64,000 nucleotides of DNA, taken from Vezdaea acicularis. Taxonomy: Eukaryota. Position 1 is the stretch's first letter. Each line of letters begins with the position of its first letter. This document shows positions 38,382 to 51,800 of this stretch, in pieces. Position numbers and translations under genes: made by a program. Below the pieces are notes generated by a model. It saw only the letters and a program-made list of their open reading frames with translations, did no database searches and was not told the origin of the DNA. The stretch lies in contig JAPEUI010000003.1 in the NCBI GenBank assembly GCA_026025075.1, positions 186,001 through 250,000 of the forward strand, read 5' to 3'.

Positions 38382-40232
38382 TCATTTCTTCATGATGCGT
38401 AACAATGACGGGATCCTCGCCGCTTTGCTTAGCCCAACTCTTAATGGTACTTTTCCCGCATTTTTTGATATCTTCTCGCAACTTTCAAAGCCGGTGGGGC
38501 TAACGGAAGGCGCTGCAGACGCTTCTGTCAGGTTTGGCAAGGGCCTTGAGCTTTGTTGGTTGGGAAGCTTGTCCTCATCTTCTCGACATTTTTGCGGAGA
38601 TGGAGAATTCGATCGCCTTGCAGGGAATGCGTTTTGATCGATTTCCTGTAAAATCTTATCACATAATGGAGAGCTTGTTACCTGGGTGTCCGTTTTGGCT
38701 TGTTTTGGATTTTGTTTATGACAATTCTCTTTAGCCTCCTGCTCGGACTCTTTACTCGCTTCTGTACCTGCTTTGGCACTTGGCCTTATGCCTTGCTTCA
38801 CATCTGACTTTGGAGGGCGGCCCCTCTTGCGCTTTAGCTTTGTGGAGGGCTCAAAACCTGCTTCTGCATCCTCCACAACTTCGAAGTCAATAGCTCGACT
38901 TTGCTCCTTGTTGACTGATTGGTTGATGTAATCATTGTCATCCTTAGTATTTGTATAGGACTTGTCACTAGCGGCCACGATTTTCTGACGAGATTCACCC
39001 CTCGCGCTTGATGCTACCCTTTTCCTAGTAACCTCTGTAGGAGTTGATATTGAAAAATCTAGCTCATTGTCTAGTGCATCTCGAGTACTTTCGGCAAAAA
39101 TCTCGATTTTAGCCTTTTTGCTTCTCAATTTTCCCTGGCTTGATATGGGTGTTTTCGAGCGATCTGATGGTGAAGAGTGAAGATTGATAGGCTCGTATTG
39201 CTTTTTCTGACTATCCGTGAGGGATGTGATCGACTTGGTCAAATCTACCGCAAAGCCGTCCTTTGCGGAGAGGAGGTCTGTAATGGCAGGCTCTTCCAAC
39301 GCTCGTACTTTCCCCTTCTTGATCTTAAGGGTCTTCTTTGGCTTTCCTAGCATCTCGAACGAACCATCCTCTTTTGAGCGTCTAGTTCTCCGCTTGGCGC
39401 ACATATCTTCTCCCTTGCGTATCTTTGATCTGCTGCCTGGCTCCCAAACGTCTGAGTCGGAAGGGTCCTCCTGGACAGTAACTTGCTCTACAGGGGGGTT
39501 AATGAGCCCAGTGGCAAGGCTAGGAATAGGTGGCTTATAACCTTGGGACAGTCTAGGGCTTCCTTTCTCATAACATTTCTCAGGTGCCAAGCCTCTATTT
39601 CCTTTTAAAGCATGTCTAGTCTTTACAACTCTCGCTGTATCGCGGCTTTCGGGTCCAATACTAGAGGGACTAGATGTGATGTGCCAGATGTCTCCATTTG
39701 CGCTTGGGCCGTGGAACTGAGACGGCGATTCTGGCGTCAGGCTCTCCCTGGGTTGTGCAATATTACCTGACAGACTCTGTGGAAGTCCAAGCGATGCATT
39801 ATCACCTATGGCATTCTTTAGAGCAATTCCAGGCTGAGTGTGTCCCGTACTTCGAATTTGAGATAATATTTCCGGGTCATCACTTGAGAGCTTCCGTCTT
39901 TTCGCGTGGGGTTGTGTAGGAGAAGTTGTTCGGTGGCTGAGTGGGCGTGTCTTAGTATTATGTCCGTTTGGCGTTGGTTCAATTGGCGAATTGGACGCGC
40001 CGTGAATACTTTCTTTCGGATGTTCTGGAAAGATGTGAGCATCTGGATTTCCACATGCGATTTGGTGGTAATCACCAAGAGGTGAATGGTTCGATTGACG
40101 CAAAGGGCTGGCGTCGCGAAATTGAGCTTGAAAGGAACCGGTGCTTCCAGGCCAGGGATCGACGATTATCTCGTCCCCAATCTCCATATCATCCGAATCA
40201 TCCGAGTCATCAATGACCCGTTGTGTTGCCAT
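38382..40232 (-). CDS. Disordered AT-hook-containing protein of unknown function
   Basis: 616-aa ORF with AT-hook KRKRGRPPK and a basic C-terminal motif LRVGLSKAARIPSLLRIMKK of a type I recall from fungal hypothetical proteins. Confidence 0.75.
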   Translation of the reverse strand: MATQRVIDDSDDSDDMEIGDEIIVDPWPGSTGSFQAQFRDASPLRQSNHSPLGDYHQIACGNPDAHIFPEHPKESIHGASNSPIEPTPNGHNTKTRPLSHRTTSPTQPHAKRRKLSSDDPEILSQIRSTGHTQPGIALKNAIGDNASLGLPQSLSGNIAQPRESLTPESPSQFHGPSANGDIWHITSSPSSIGPESRDTARVVKTRHALKGNRGLAPEKCYEKGSPRLSQGYKPPIPSLATGLINPPVEQVTVQEDPSDSDVWEPGSRSKIRKGEDMCAKRRTRRSKEDGSFEMLGKPKKTLKIKKGKVRALEEPAITDLLSAKDGFAVDLTKSITSLTDSQKKQYEPINLHSSPSDRSKTPISSQGKLRSKKAKIEIFAESTRDALDNELDFSISTPTEVTRKRVASSARGESRQKIVAASDKSYTNTKDDNDYINQSVNKEQSRAIDFEVVEDAEAGFEPSTKLKRKRGRPPKSDVKQGIRPSAKAGTEASKESEQEAKENCHKQNPKQAKTDTQVTSSPLCDKILQEIDQNAFPARRSNSPSPQKCREDEDKLPNQQSSRPLPNLTEASAAPSVSPTGFESCEKISKNAGKVPLRVGLSKAARIPSLLRIMKK

Positions 40233-40944
40233 TGTCCTAAAGAATGCATGGCGTTTGTGTATTGTAAACCTTGGGCATGTAACGAGTTTAAAGTATGAAG
40301 CAAAACCGAGAAACCTTCCTGACGGGTGGCAGACGTGACGAGAAAAATCTCAGTCACGCGCTTTTCCGAGTTTAGGCGTGACTCCCAGTTTTTTCGCGGG
40401 TAGTACGACGCCTCGTCACCGCAAGCATGCATAAAACGAGGTCATCTGTAAAGTGATTTCTTCTCCTATGGCAATACTATTCCTGTAGAAATAATGATAC
40501 TGCAATATAGTTCTTTCATTACGGTTTTTCTGCTTATGCCGACAGTAAATTACGAGACTGGAAGTAATGTTATAGCCAGAGTTGTATTGTACTATATACT
40601 GCTTGTGTCCATGTCAGGTCGGTTTGTACCTTTCTTTGATACATAGTAGGTACCAGTCAATCCACGACTACACTAATTAGCTCATGTCTGTAATCACGCT
40701 CGAGTACTTCATGCGCGTTCACAGCGACCTAGTGATTTAATGGTGTGTCCAACTTAGCTCCAGGCAGTCCTTCGTCTGGTGCGTTGCATCGATTCACCCT
40801 TGAGGTGTACTGTAAGGAGGACCATCCTCGCACCTGAGAATATGCTCGCGATACTATGTTATCACTTAGTACACTTGCACCATATTGGTGAAGCTATTTC
40901 GCAATGCCTTTATTCAAGTTGATCTAGCCCATATCTCAGAAGTT

Positions 40945-43900
40945 TCAATCAATCGTGGGGACTGACATCACCCCCCGACCAAAGAACTCGCTGATAGTGC
41001 CAAACCGGTCATTTGATCGTGCTACAGCATCTTGGAATAGATCATGCCTGTCAGCGGTTTCATCCTGGGCTTTTCTCAAAGCTCGAATTGTGGTGTTTTG
41101 ATCAGAACAACTTGGACATTCCAGATGGTCATCGACTTGATTAAGACATCGCTGGTGGAAAGAGTGTTTGCAGAGGAAATGAACCGTAGGTAAATCCAGC
41201 GTGCCTCCACAGGACGAGCAACGCGTTGCTTGGAAGACTGCCGGCTTACTTCCAAGTTCTTCGAGCTCTTTTCGCTTAGTCGCAGTCTCCGTGCGATAGC
41301 TTGTCATTAGACGGCGATTGTTCGCGATCTCTTTCCTTTCTCGCTCAATAGTGTCGGACAGGTATTTCTTCACCATTCCCATTGTTGCAACGGCATTTGT
41401 GCTCAACGTCTGTATGACTTGTAGTGGAGCCATCAGGTCTTGTTCCTCAATTATTTTCAGGACAGCATCGAGCTCATCGCCGGCTTCCTCAAGTATTTTT
41501 GGACTTGATGTGAAGTAGGCTAGTGCGGCTGGGTACAGTTGTGGTTCTATAGTTCCATATTTCTTAAGGGCCTTAATAGCCCCTGCAGTGTCGTAGGCCG
41601 AAGTATATGAGCGGAAGATGTCAAAGACCATGCCTTGTTTTTCTCTGACAAGTATGGTGCCATCTCGAAAGCCTGAGAGATGTGAGAGCAAGAGGACGTT
41701 GGAAGTGTCGATAGGTATCTGGGACGATTTAGTACATTATGTCTTGACGGCTGATCTAGATACTCACATTGTTATTCTCCACTAGGCCTTTAGCCTTTCG
41801 CTCCCATTCCCCCTTCTCGTCGCCTTTCTTTCCTTTCGCACTAGAAAGATACATCTCAAACAGAGTAGTGTAAAGGTCAATCCTATCACCTTCCTCAAGG
41901 CTCTCTTCTCTCAAACAAGCTTCGAGGAAGGTAATGAACTCCCCTGGGTGATCAACGAAAGCCGAAAACGCAGTTCTAGGTTTCGGCACTTTGTAGATGG
42001 GTGAATTGGCGTCATTAGCATTTTCTGGCAGCTGCATTTGTTTTGTAATATTTTGTTGATTGCCTGGTGTGCTGGGAGTCTGGTTCGAGGAAGCACTCAT
42101 ATAAGGGAGAGGTATGAAGGCTGCCAAGTTCTGCATCGCTCCTGACGCTCCACCATGTTGCGTTGGCGCCTCTGGTAAGACGACGTCTACTTTTGGCCTA
42201 TATCTCCCAGTGTAGTAGACGATAAAAAGTTGCGTAGCTTGCTCCGAGCAATGTTCCAGTAGCACCCTTGCATATCTCATCAGGTTGTGGTAAGTCTGCT
42301 CCGAGGTTAGCATAAGCAGTCAAGCAGGAAGTGGGCATTTCATACAGCATCGGCGTCAAGACGCCAAACGTAGTCCAAAGCCTCTGCGTATTGTTTGGAG
42401 TCTTCGACCAAAATATCCACCACAAGGTCATGTTCCCCATGCTTTGTGGCAAGGTATGCAGCTTGTGCGTAGTACCCACCTTGTCTACACATGGATATTG
42501 CCGTATCGAGATCGAATTTAAGGTCGCCGGGGTCTTTAATAAACTTCTCCAGTTTATCGATGTCTTTTAATTTTGCATAGCAATTTAGAAGTAAGGTCGT
42601 ATGATCTACAGTCGCCTTGTGGTGATTATGTAGCTCTTCCAGATACTCAATGAGATTGTGGATTCGCTGGGTATCAAGAAACTTCAAGGGAACAGATAGT
42701 TAGCAGCACACTAAGATAGTATTTGGAAATAAGATCATTACTTTTCGGATGACCTGGGACGGTTCGGTGTTATCAATAGCTTTGAGATACTGCTGCATTG
42801 CCCCATCGTAATCGCCTTTCTGGTATAGGTGATCGCCATAACGCCGGAAAATGGAGTTTAGTTGCAAAAGGTCCACACGAGCCTTTTGGGCAAGATTGAT
42901 TGCAAGGACGTATAAGTTACGCTGATAAAGTATCTCCAGCTTCTGGGCCAGTGGTTTCTCGCGATAGCGATTGAGCTACCATCGTCAATAAGTGTCCGAT
43001 AAATAAAGGACTTTAGGCATACCTTGCCATTCATTGTAAGGACAAATAAGTCGCCCCACTCAACAAATATTTCCTTTACTTCTGAGATTAACGATTCTGA
43101 ATGGGCCAAATATTTCAAGTCGGTATCGAAGATGGTAAGTCTCGATGTGTTAAAGATGTTATCCGCCCCCCCAGCGCCGAACCTCTTAATCGAATTTAGC
43201 GTCATAGAATCCCCTGTCTCCGGTGGTGATACTATAGTCAAATAGTCCTTGTATGTGCGTATGAGCTTCTTAGGTCCCTCGTAGGCGAAGCATGGGCCTC
43301 TTCCATTTGGACCATAGTAATAGATCGCGTCGTCGCGGACCACAATTACGTCTCCAGTTTTTTTATCTACCGTCATACAGCCAACGGCACACCCAGATTC
43401 TTCAAGGATACGGGCCGGCTGGCCTTGGCCTTTCCCCGATAAAACCAAGGTCAAGATTCTATTTGTAGTGGCAAGGTAAAGGGTTGTAGAACGCCCCCCC
43501 CGGAATTCCACACCCGTAATCGGCTCGTTTGATTCAAATACAGTCCGCTGTTTTGCGCCTCTGTCGTGGATTAAGTCACCTCTAATAACGGTGACCCCTC
43601 CATTCGCGAAGCCCACTGCGAGTTGTGATAGATCATCGAGTGCAGCGAAAGCCGAGATCTAGCTACCATAAGTCATGGTCAATCCTAGCTCAAGCTTTGG
43701 GGAAACCTACAGGAAATTGCTTTTTACTATTGTGTACTGACAAGGTCGACTGACACTGAGGAATACCGGTTTTCTTCTCCGTCTTATCCAAAGCCCAGAC
43801 TTTTAATACTGGCTCATTAGAGAGATCTTCCTAGACATTATAAGCTTCCAGGCCTAGACCTTTATGAATACACATACAGCTATAGTGACGAGTAGTGAAG

Positions 43901-44240
43901 TTCTTTCGACTTGCTTCATGTGGGTAATCGACCCAGCCTCATACGCCTTGAAGGACCTCACAACCTTGAATGAGCGAGACAAGATTTTGACCATTCCGTT
44001 AAAGCTTCCGAGGAAGATGTTATCTGAGCCGGAACAGATATAACTAACATCATTATCCTGATACATTTAGCATGCGGCTAGAAAGCTCTGCAGATATGGT
44101 CACCTCAAAGGCGGACACATGCTCGGCGTCATGCGCGGGCTTAATTGGCGTAACGTCGAAAAAGTTGAATGTTTTCCACTGCATAAATTAGATGCAAACC
44201 TTAGAGCCTCGTAGCAAAGACATACTGAAGCTAGAGCCAT
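40945..44240 (-). CDS. VPS11: HOPS/CORVET subunit Vps11
   Basis: MALAS|WKTFNFFDV start, GFANGGVTVIRGDLIHDRG, KFLDTQRIHNLIEYLEELH, and C-terminal RING CSSCGGTLDLPTVHFLCKHSFHQRC. Multiple introns. Confidence 0.95.
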
Positions 44241-44699
44241 TCTGCAGGATGTGAGACGGGCTTCGTAAAGCACCAGTCCAAGCCTGAGCGTAAGAGCTAA
44301 AACAGCTACAGTTTATTCCGCAAGGACGAAACACTCCCTGCTCTTCCCAGGAATGTTTGCCTAGGGTATCATTGTGAATACATTTTCTGAAACTCCGACA
44401 ATCCAGAGAGCTTCAGATGAGACACCGAAGTGCGCCAGCTTTTCTGTAGTTGATCACAGCTACATTCCCGGGCAAATGTTCCGGGAGCGACGTTCGGCAA
44501 TTTACACCTTTCCCGAGCTTTTGCTAAACGGAACATACAAAACTATATACTACAGAAAAGCCTACATGTGCCTGAGCTTCTAGTGACTCTATATCATTTA
44601 TTAAATAAATAAGAATTTTAGTCGGAAGAACAGCTTCCTGATTAAGGCAAAATCACCTGAGCAAGTCTTTACCCCGCCTCCGGAGGCTCTGCCCTTACA

Positions 44700-47298
44700 A
44701 TGCCTGCTACAACCAGTAAGCCAGCCGCCCCTCTCCCGTCGCTTTGCCCTTTCACCTTACTGACACCTTGCAGTTCCCTCAACAATCCGCATTCTCATAG
44801 CAACAGACAGTCATGTCGGCTTCTGCGAACTCGATCCAATTCGCGGTTCTGACTCTGAAGTATCATTCGATGAAGTCATGCAGCTAGCCAAAAAGGAAGA
44901 TGTCGATATGGTTCTGCTGGCTGGAGACCTATTCCATGACAACAAGCCGAGTAGAAAGGCAATGAATGCTGTTATGCGGAGCCTGAGGAGGAATTGTCTT
45001 GGAGAGAAACCTGTCGAATTGGAGATGTTGGGAGACGCGACGGATGTGTTTAGTGGGTATGTATTCGTATATGTATGAAAGGGATGGCGGAATCCTAGCA
45101 AGGGCTCGAGCGTAAGACAGAGCTAACAATGTATATGCTCAGGGCGTTCAACCACGTGAATTATGAAGATCCTGATATCAACGTGGCAATTCCGGTTTTT
45201 TCTATACATGGAAATCATGATGATCCATCAGGGGTACGCCAAGCTACCATGACTAACTAATGATAGATTTAGTTAGGCTAAAATGCTTCAGGAAGGCCAC
45301 CTCTGTGCTCTTGACATCCTACAGACTTCTGGACTGATCAATTACTACGGAAGAACCCCTGAATCAGATAACATTGCAATCAAACCTGTGCTGTTACAGA
45401 AGGGGCACACGAAGCTAGCGCTCTATGGTATGAGCAATGTCAGGGATGAGCGACTCTTCCGGACATTTAGAGATGGCAAGGTTAAGTTCTTCAGGCCGAG
45501 TACACAACAGAAGGATTGGTTCAATCTTATGTCCGTGCATCAGAACCAGTAAGTCACTCTTGAATTGAGACAAGAATCTTTGTAACTAAGGGGTTGGAGT
45601 CATGCATATACAGAGACAGGTTACCTACCAGAGAATTTTCTCCCAGAATTCATGGATCTTGTAGTCTGGGGACACGAACATGAGTGCTTGATTGATCCAA
45701 AACTGAACCCAGAAATGGGCTTTTACGTTATGCAGCCAGGATCATCTGTAGCGACCTCTTTGTGCCCTGGCGAAGCTGTCCCAAAGCACGTTGCGATCCT
45801 ATCTGTGACTGGAAAAGAGTTCAAGATTGACACACGACGTCTGAAGACTGTTAGGCCGTTTGTCATGAAGGAGATCATTTTGAATGACATACCTAAAATG
45901 AAGGCTTTGTCCAAAAAGCACGATAATCGTAGTCAAGTCACGCAATACCTCACGGACATAGTCAACGATTTAATAAAGGAAGCTACTGAGGAATGGAAGG
46001 AGGTCCAAGGCCCCTCTGGAGAGGATGAAGAGAGAGAGGTGCCACTTCCCTTAGTCAGGTTACGAGTAGAGTATTCTGCTCCTGATGGGGGTAGGTATGA
46101 CTGTGAGAACCCTCAAAGGTTTTCGAACCGATTCGTAGGGAAGGTAGCGAATGTAAACGATGTCGTCCAGTTTTATCGGAAAAAAGCTACTGCCACTCGT
46201 AAGAACTACTCAACCCTATCTATAGGAGCAAGGCTGATCTTCCAAAGGTCGGACCAAAGACGGCGGCGAGATGCCTGCAGAAGGAGCCCTTGCCCAGGTG
46301 ACTCTTGACAACGTGAGAGTGGAGAGGCTCGTACGAGAATTTCTCATGGCACAATCACTCACTATCTTGCCTCAGAACTCATTTGGCGACGCTGTAAGCC
46401 AGTTCGTAGACAAGGATGATAAGCACGCCATGGAGCAATTCGTAAATGAAAGCCTTAAGAATCAGATGGAGAACCTCATGAACATAGACCATTCTAACGA
46501 AGAAAAGCTGGCCGAGGCAATGGACAGTTATCGGTCGAAACTGGAGGAGCTCTTTGCGGCAGGGCATCTGAAGTTGAATGTAATGCCAATCTAATACTTA
46601 GATTATGTCTGAAGAACGCTAATTAGAAGCAGAAGAAGCGAAAGCTGAAGCCAAAGCCAGATAACTGGGACACGGACCTGGACGGGGAGTGGGGCGATGA
46701 GCCGGGCGCCCTCTTCCTCCCTGACGAAGATGAGGGCATCTCCGGTGGAGAAGAGGAAAATACCTCCCTACCTTCTACCACGCCGGCTCCACCCGCCCCA
46801 CGTGGCCGAGGTTCTGCCAACACAACCGTCAAAAAGAAAGCTCCTGCGAAGAAAGCCGCTCCAATCAAAACCAGCCGAGTCAAAAAGACTACAGCCCCCC
46901 CACCAGAAGACAACGACGACAATAATCACGATGTGATCATGTTGGACGATGAGGAAGAAGAAGAGGTCTCACCGATCAAGCCAGCTCAAGGGGGCAAAAA
47001 AGCACACCCTCCTCGAGCAGCTCCTAACAAGCGAGCACCCCCGCGCGCAGCAGCCGCAGTAGGGGCAGGTCATTCTAAGCTTAATCTCTCACAGCCCGCT
47101 ACCTCACAAACGAACGGCACAGCTAAAAACGCACTCGAGCTAGTAAGTCTTTGTCCTAAGCCCATCCTAAACCTCTTTCATTTTATTCTCGCTTACGGCG
47201 CATGTACCTTTTTTTAGAGCGAAGACGAGATCTCAGATGATGACGATGCGTTTGAACCTGCTCCCATACTGTCCACACGGGCTAGCAGAAGGCGATGA
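44700..47298 (+). CDS. MRE11: Double-strand break repair nuclease Mre11
   Basis: [43 protein letters not shown] and [16 protein letters not shown]. Multiple introns. Ends ...STRASRRR*. Confidence 0.96.
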
Positions 47299-47333
47299 TC
47301 GTGGTGGAGAGGGTATTTGTGTACTATAGAGCC

Positions 47334-47580
47334 GTTCGTGTAATATAGCGGCGTTCATACAATGTAGCGACGTTCGTATAATATAGCGGCGTTCATGTAA
47401 TGAAGCGATGTTCGTATAATGTAGCGACGTTCATATAATGTAGCGACGTTCGTATAATATAGCGGCGTTCATGTAATGAAGCGATGTTCGTATAACATAG
47501 CGGTGTTCATATAATGTAGCGACGTTCGTATAATATAGCGGCGTTCATATAATGTAGCAGCGTTCGTATACCGTAGCGTT
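47334..47580 (+). repeat. Minisatellite: 13 tandem copies of a 19-bp unit (GTTCRTATAATRTAGCGRC)
   Basis: Units start every 19 bp from 47334 to 47562. The last copy is degenerate. Confidence 0.95.
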
Positions 47581-48390
47581 AGCAAAAACCTGGCAGGGGC
47601 GGCTAGCACAAAGAGGAATGATACAAAGAACAATCCCCATGAGAATTGTGACCCGACTTTCCCTCAAGTCAATTCCTCGGCTCTTTCAGGTACCTTGATG
47701 GATTTCCCTTACTTTCCGCAAGCTTCCATATAGTTTTCAAACAGCCCACCTTGTCTACCCATCCGCACAGCCCCACATGCATCTCCATTTGGTATAGCTC
47801 AAAGCAAAATTTTCTCGTCATCCCCCTCTTTGCTGCTATTTCAGCGCTAAGCCTCCCTGTCAGACAGCCTTTTTTAATTTCCCGCGCGGATAGGCGGTTC
47901 GCGCGTGCCAATAAGAAGTTGCAAACGCCTTTCCCGCGCTAAACGCCGAGGTATTTTTGACCAGGGTATGTTTCAAATACTGCGGAGATAGCAAACAAAG
48001 TTGGGGCTCGGCGGGAGAGATTGCATCGAGCTATTCCTAATCGGGACATGTCATAGGCGCCGTAGCCAAAGAGGTGTATACAAGCCGTCCCGAAGCTAAA
48101 GAGATAGGTACCTGAGGAAGTACCGACGAGGATGGTAGACATGGAGAGAGCTACAGGCAAGTTGATTATATGGGATTCGCCCGCGTTAATGAGAGAAAGA
48201 ATCTAGGAGGAAGTATGTTTAATGGGCAGGAGTTGACATAGCCATTTGGAAGTGATGAGAAATATAATCGGCGGTCGCCGGTGATAATGTGGCTGCTGAA
48301 ATGAGAGAGAAACCGTCTTTTGAGGGTGGTACCCGCCTCTCGCCCAATCCGGGCGACAGGGGGGGTGGGGGCCAGCCGCTCCTCCCGTAG

Positions 48391-48398
48391 TATAAATA
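48391..48398 (+). promoter_or_regulatory. TATA box of the downstream orphan gene
   Basis: TATAAATA is followed by a CT-rich tract and a probable 5'-UTR intron at about 48508-48576. Confidence 0.55.
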
Positions 48399-48813
48399 GT
48401 AAGCCTCCTCCACTTTCTCTTCTTCTTCTTTCTTCCTTCTTTATATTATTTTATAGTACAGATAGAAGCCCTTGTGGCTTCTATCGCCACTGTTCCTGCG
48501 TCGGGAGGTACGATACCTCCTTCCTTATTCAGTATTGGGCTTGCCAATACTGAATTCTCATCTTTCTTTATCGCAGAGATAGAAGTGACGTTCAATCCAC
48601 TTCTATCTCACTTCATTTCCCTCTGATTTTCATCACTTTGTATCTTCTTTATAAGATACAAACACCTACAGCCACCTCACTTCCACTTCATTCCTCCTCA
48701 CATTTCCTCGCATTTCCTTGAATTTCCTCGCTCTTCCTCGCTCTCCTTTGCTGTGCCTTGCTGTCTCTCACCCTTCTTCGCTCCTCGTTGCATTTTCTCA
48801 AGTCCATACCGCA

Positions 48814-51800
48814 ATGGCCACTCTCTCCACTGCTCTCACTAGTCCGCATAATACTTATTCAATTACTGACCTTCTAGATATAGGCTCCTCGCTCCTAATT
48901 CAATCTTCAACAACCAATAACGCTCGTATCCGTGCCATCGACCAACTTAAAGGCAAGTCTCGTCGTTTGAGCTTCTTCCTGGGAAAGCTTAAATACGTAC
49001 AGAGAGCTTCATCTCTCAAAGCAAGAGCTTTTCGTCTTGCTCTCAAGAGTGAGCATCTTTATTCGTGTATTATTGTTGTCCTAGACCATTGTTTTGCTGC
49101 TCCGTCCTGTCTACACTCTTGTTGCTCACCGCTGTCTTTCTATCCCCTTACGCCCTTTGCATTCTATTTTCACAAGTCTCTAGTCGGTTCTTAATTCCGT
49201 CCACTTTGTGGATATACTTGCTGATAAGGCGTTGTTCCCTAGACTTGCCGGTACATCTAGCCAAGTCCAGGCATGGTGACCTTGTCGAGACTTCCACCTC
49301 TTCATCAACTATTTGTCATACTTCCTCCTCAGTCGTTCCGTTTGTTCCGTGTCCAAGTTTAGCTCATTCAGAGCGTAAAGTAAGTTCAACCCCTGCTCTT
49401 GTATCCTATGGCAAGTGTTAACCTGACCAAGGTCTTGTCCGATCGCAACAATAACTCCAGTCCACTTCCTATTGTATGCTTAGAGCCAATAGGAGCAGGG
49501 GTCAAAGACCATAGAGTGAGTAGACGCATCTGCGTATCCTGCCGCAAACTCTAACCCTAGTCAGGACTTGTTAGAGCGTAGCAGCAAGACCGTTTCCTTT
49601 TGCCTTGATACGTCAAGCATAAGTCCTGTTGACTTAGTTCATAACGTAAGTAAACAAGCATCCACGAAGCACATCAAAAAACTAACCAGAACCAGAATTT
49701 GTCAGATACCGCTCTCCGTACACTCTCCAACCAGCTTGTTAATAACGCCACATCAAGTATCTCAAAATTCTCATCAATCATTAGAGCCGACGAGAAGTTT
49801 AAGAAGTTTCTCGACGATCACCGTTCTCCACCAAACAAGCGTGTTACTGCAGGCGGTAAAATAATAGACGATCCGCAACCTCGAAGCTTTACGAAGCTAT
49901 ATAAAACAGTTGCGAGGAATACTTTCATGATGTCGGGGCCTCCAAATTTCCTTCCTGGTGGACAGCCAACTAAGTGGATGACTCCGTTCGGCACCCAACA
50001 ACAGCCAATAGACCTTGATGGCGATCTTGGTCCCATTTTGCCACTGATGGATAATCGTGGCTATACATCTTACACCGGACTAGAGCAAGGTGGAATCATT
50101 GGCTATGGTCAGGCAGCACAGCCAATGTTCCAGACTCCAATGCGACAGGCGGTAACTCTGCGAAAGGACAATGAAATGGATCCCATATATGCTGAAGATC
50201 TTGGTGCTACCAAGCAAGCAACCATGGGGCCCTCCCCAATTAATCCGAATGCCGAGCCGTTTATCCCTAAATCTACTGTTGCGAAAAGGAATTTTGAAGA
50301 TACGGATGATATCATAACGTCATCTTCAAACAAGAGGCTGGTCAGAACTGTTATCAAAACTGAAGCAAAGAAATCGGAGTTCAAAGACTTGCAGCTAGCA
50401 GTGCTAGACGAAAAGATAAACATTGACGGACTCTTGTTCACTCAACTCATCACAGAAGCTCTCAACGAAAACAATAAGGCGCGTGATAGTACGTACCCTC
50501 TCCAGAGCCTTGAAAACCCTGTTACTAATGGATACTTATAGCAGTCAATGGGTCAGTGAGCAGTGAGGAGGATTGCACAGGTCTCCGTAGTCTCTGCCGT
50601 TGCTTTGCTTGGCGTCTGCGTGATCTGGATCGTCAGATGAGTCTATCTCGTAACATCATCGGACGAGATATTAGCAAAGAAGCCATGTACGACGAACAAC
50701 TGGTATTCAACATTCTACAGAAGTTGAAGGAGCCAGCTGCCGAGGGATTTCTTCCGTTCTCCAACGCAACTAATACAAACCTAGATAGCCATGCCGTTGT
50801 CGGTAGGCAGCAGACTAGGGCTGTCGATCATGATGAGAACGCGTTGGTGATAAGTAGTTCTTCGCTTTCACCAGCGGCGTACACTGTACCCAAGTCAGCC
50901 AAAGGAAAAGGCAAAATGAAGGCCAACGATATGTAAGTTGCTTCCTTCTCCCACTCTTTCCATTATATGAGACTGAGCATACTCTTGGAGTTCCAGAGAA
51001 ATGAACAGCAGTAGTGCATTCCCACTCAACGCGGAAAACGCCATATTCTACAACAAATATGGCATGGCAATGAAAGAAATGCTTGTCCTGATGTTCGCTG
51101 ACCACGTAAAAGATATCGCAGAAGTCAATGTTCGTCCATGGGGCAGGTCGGTAGGTGTTATGCCGGGAACAATTCGCGGAGCACATAATCTACTGTAAGT
51201 CCTCTCATCGTGAGCTGTTATCCTCCATGCACTTTAGCTGATACCCTCTAACAGAATGAGCGAATATCCGCTTGAGCTTGATGAGATCGTCACAAGCCTC
51301 GCTAAGTCACCAAAATTCATGGTCAACGCAAAGGCCTGGTACGATAAATACCAAGGGGAAATCGCCGAAAGCTTTGTCAAGCAAATGGGCAAAATCTTAG
51401 CAGTAGAATGGACAAAGATGTCGCTTGCTTTCACAGCAAAAGATGGCATGAGCAACAAGGGCAGCCATTCCAGATCTCTGTCAAAAGAGGCTGTGTACGG
51501 AACAATTGCACCGATGCGCCTGAGCTCACCGGAACCCCGCAACAATCCAGCTCCTTTCAATCTCAGTCAAGTCGCGAGAGCCACAGACCCAGAGCATGAT
51601 ATAATGGCAGCGAATAACCCAGAAAATTATCATGCGGCACTAGGCTTGCCTTACCCAGAAGGTAGAGCCATGGAGCCAGCGCACGATATCATGGCGGCGA
51701 ACAATCCAGAAAACTATCTTGCGGCACTAGGCTTCCATCACCTGAAAGATAGAGCCACGACTCCAGAGTACGATATAATGGCAGCCAATAATCCAGAAAA

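Noticed and set aside
47410..47423. Similarity of the minisatellite unit to loxP (TTCGTATAATGTA)
   Set aside because: Only part of one arm plus spacer matches. There is no inverted second arm and no recombinase or vector sequence, so it is judged coincidental.
47334..47580. CRISPR-like array
   Set aside because: The units are contiguous with no unique spacers, the context is eukaryotic, and there are no cas genes.
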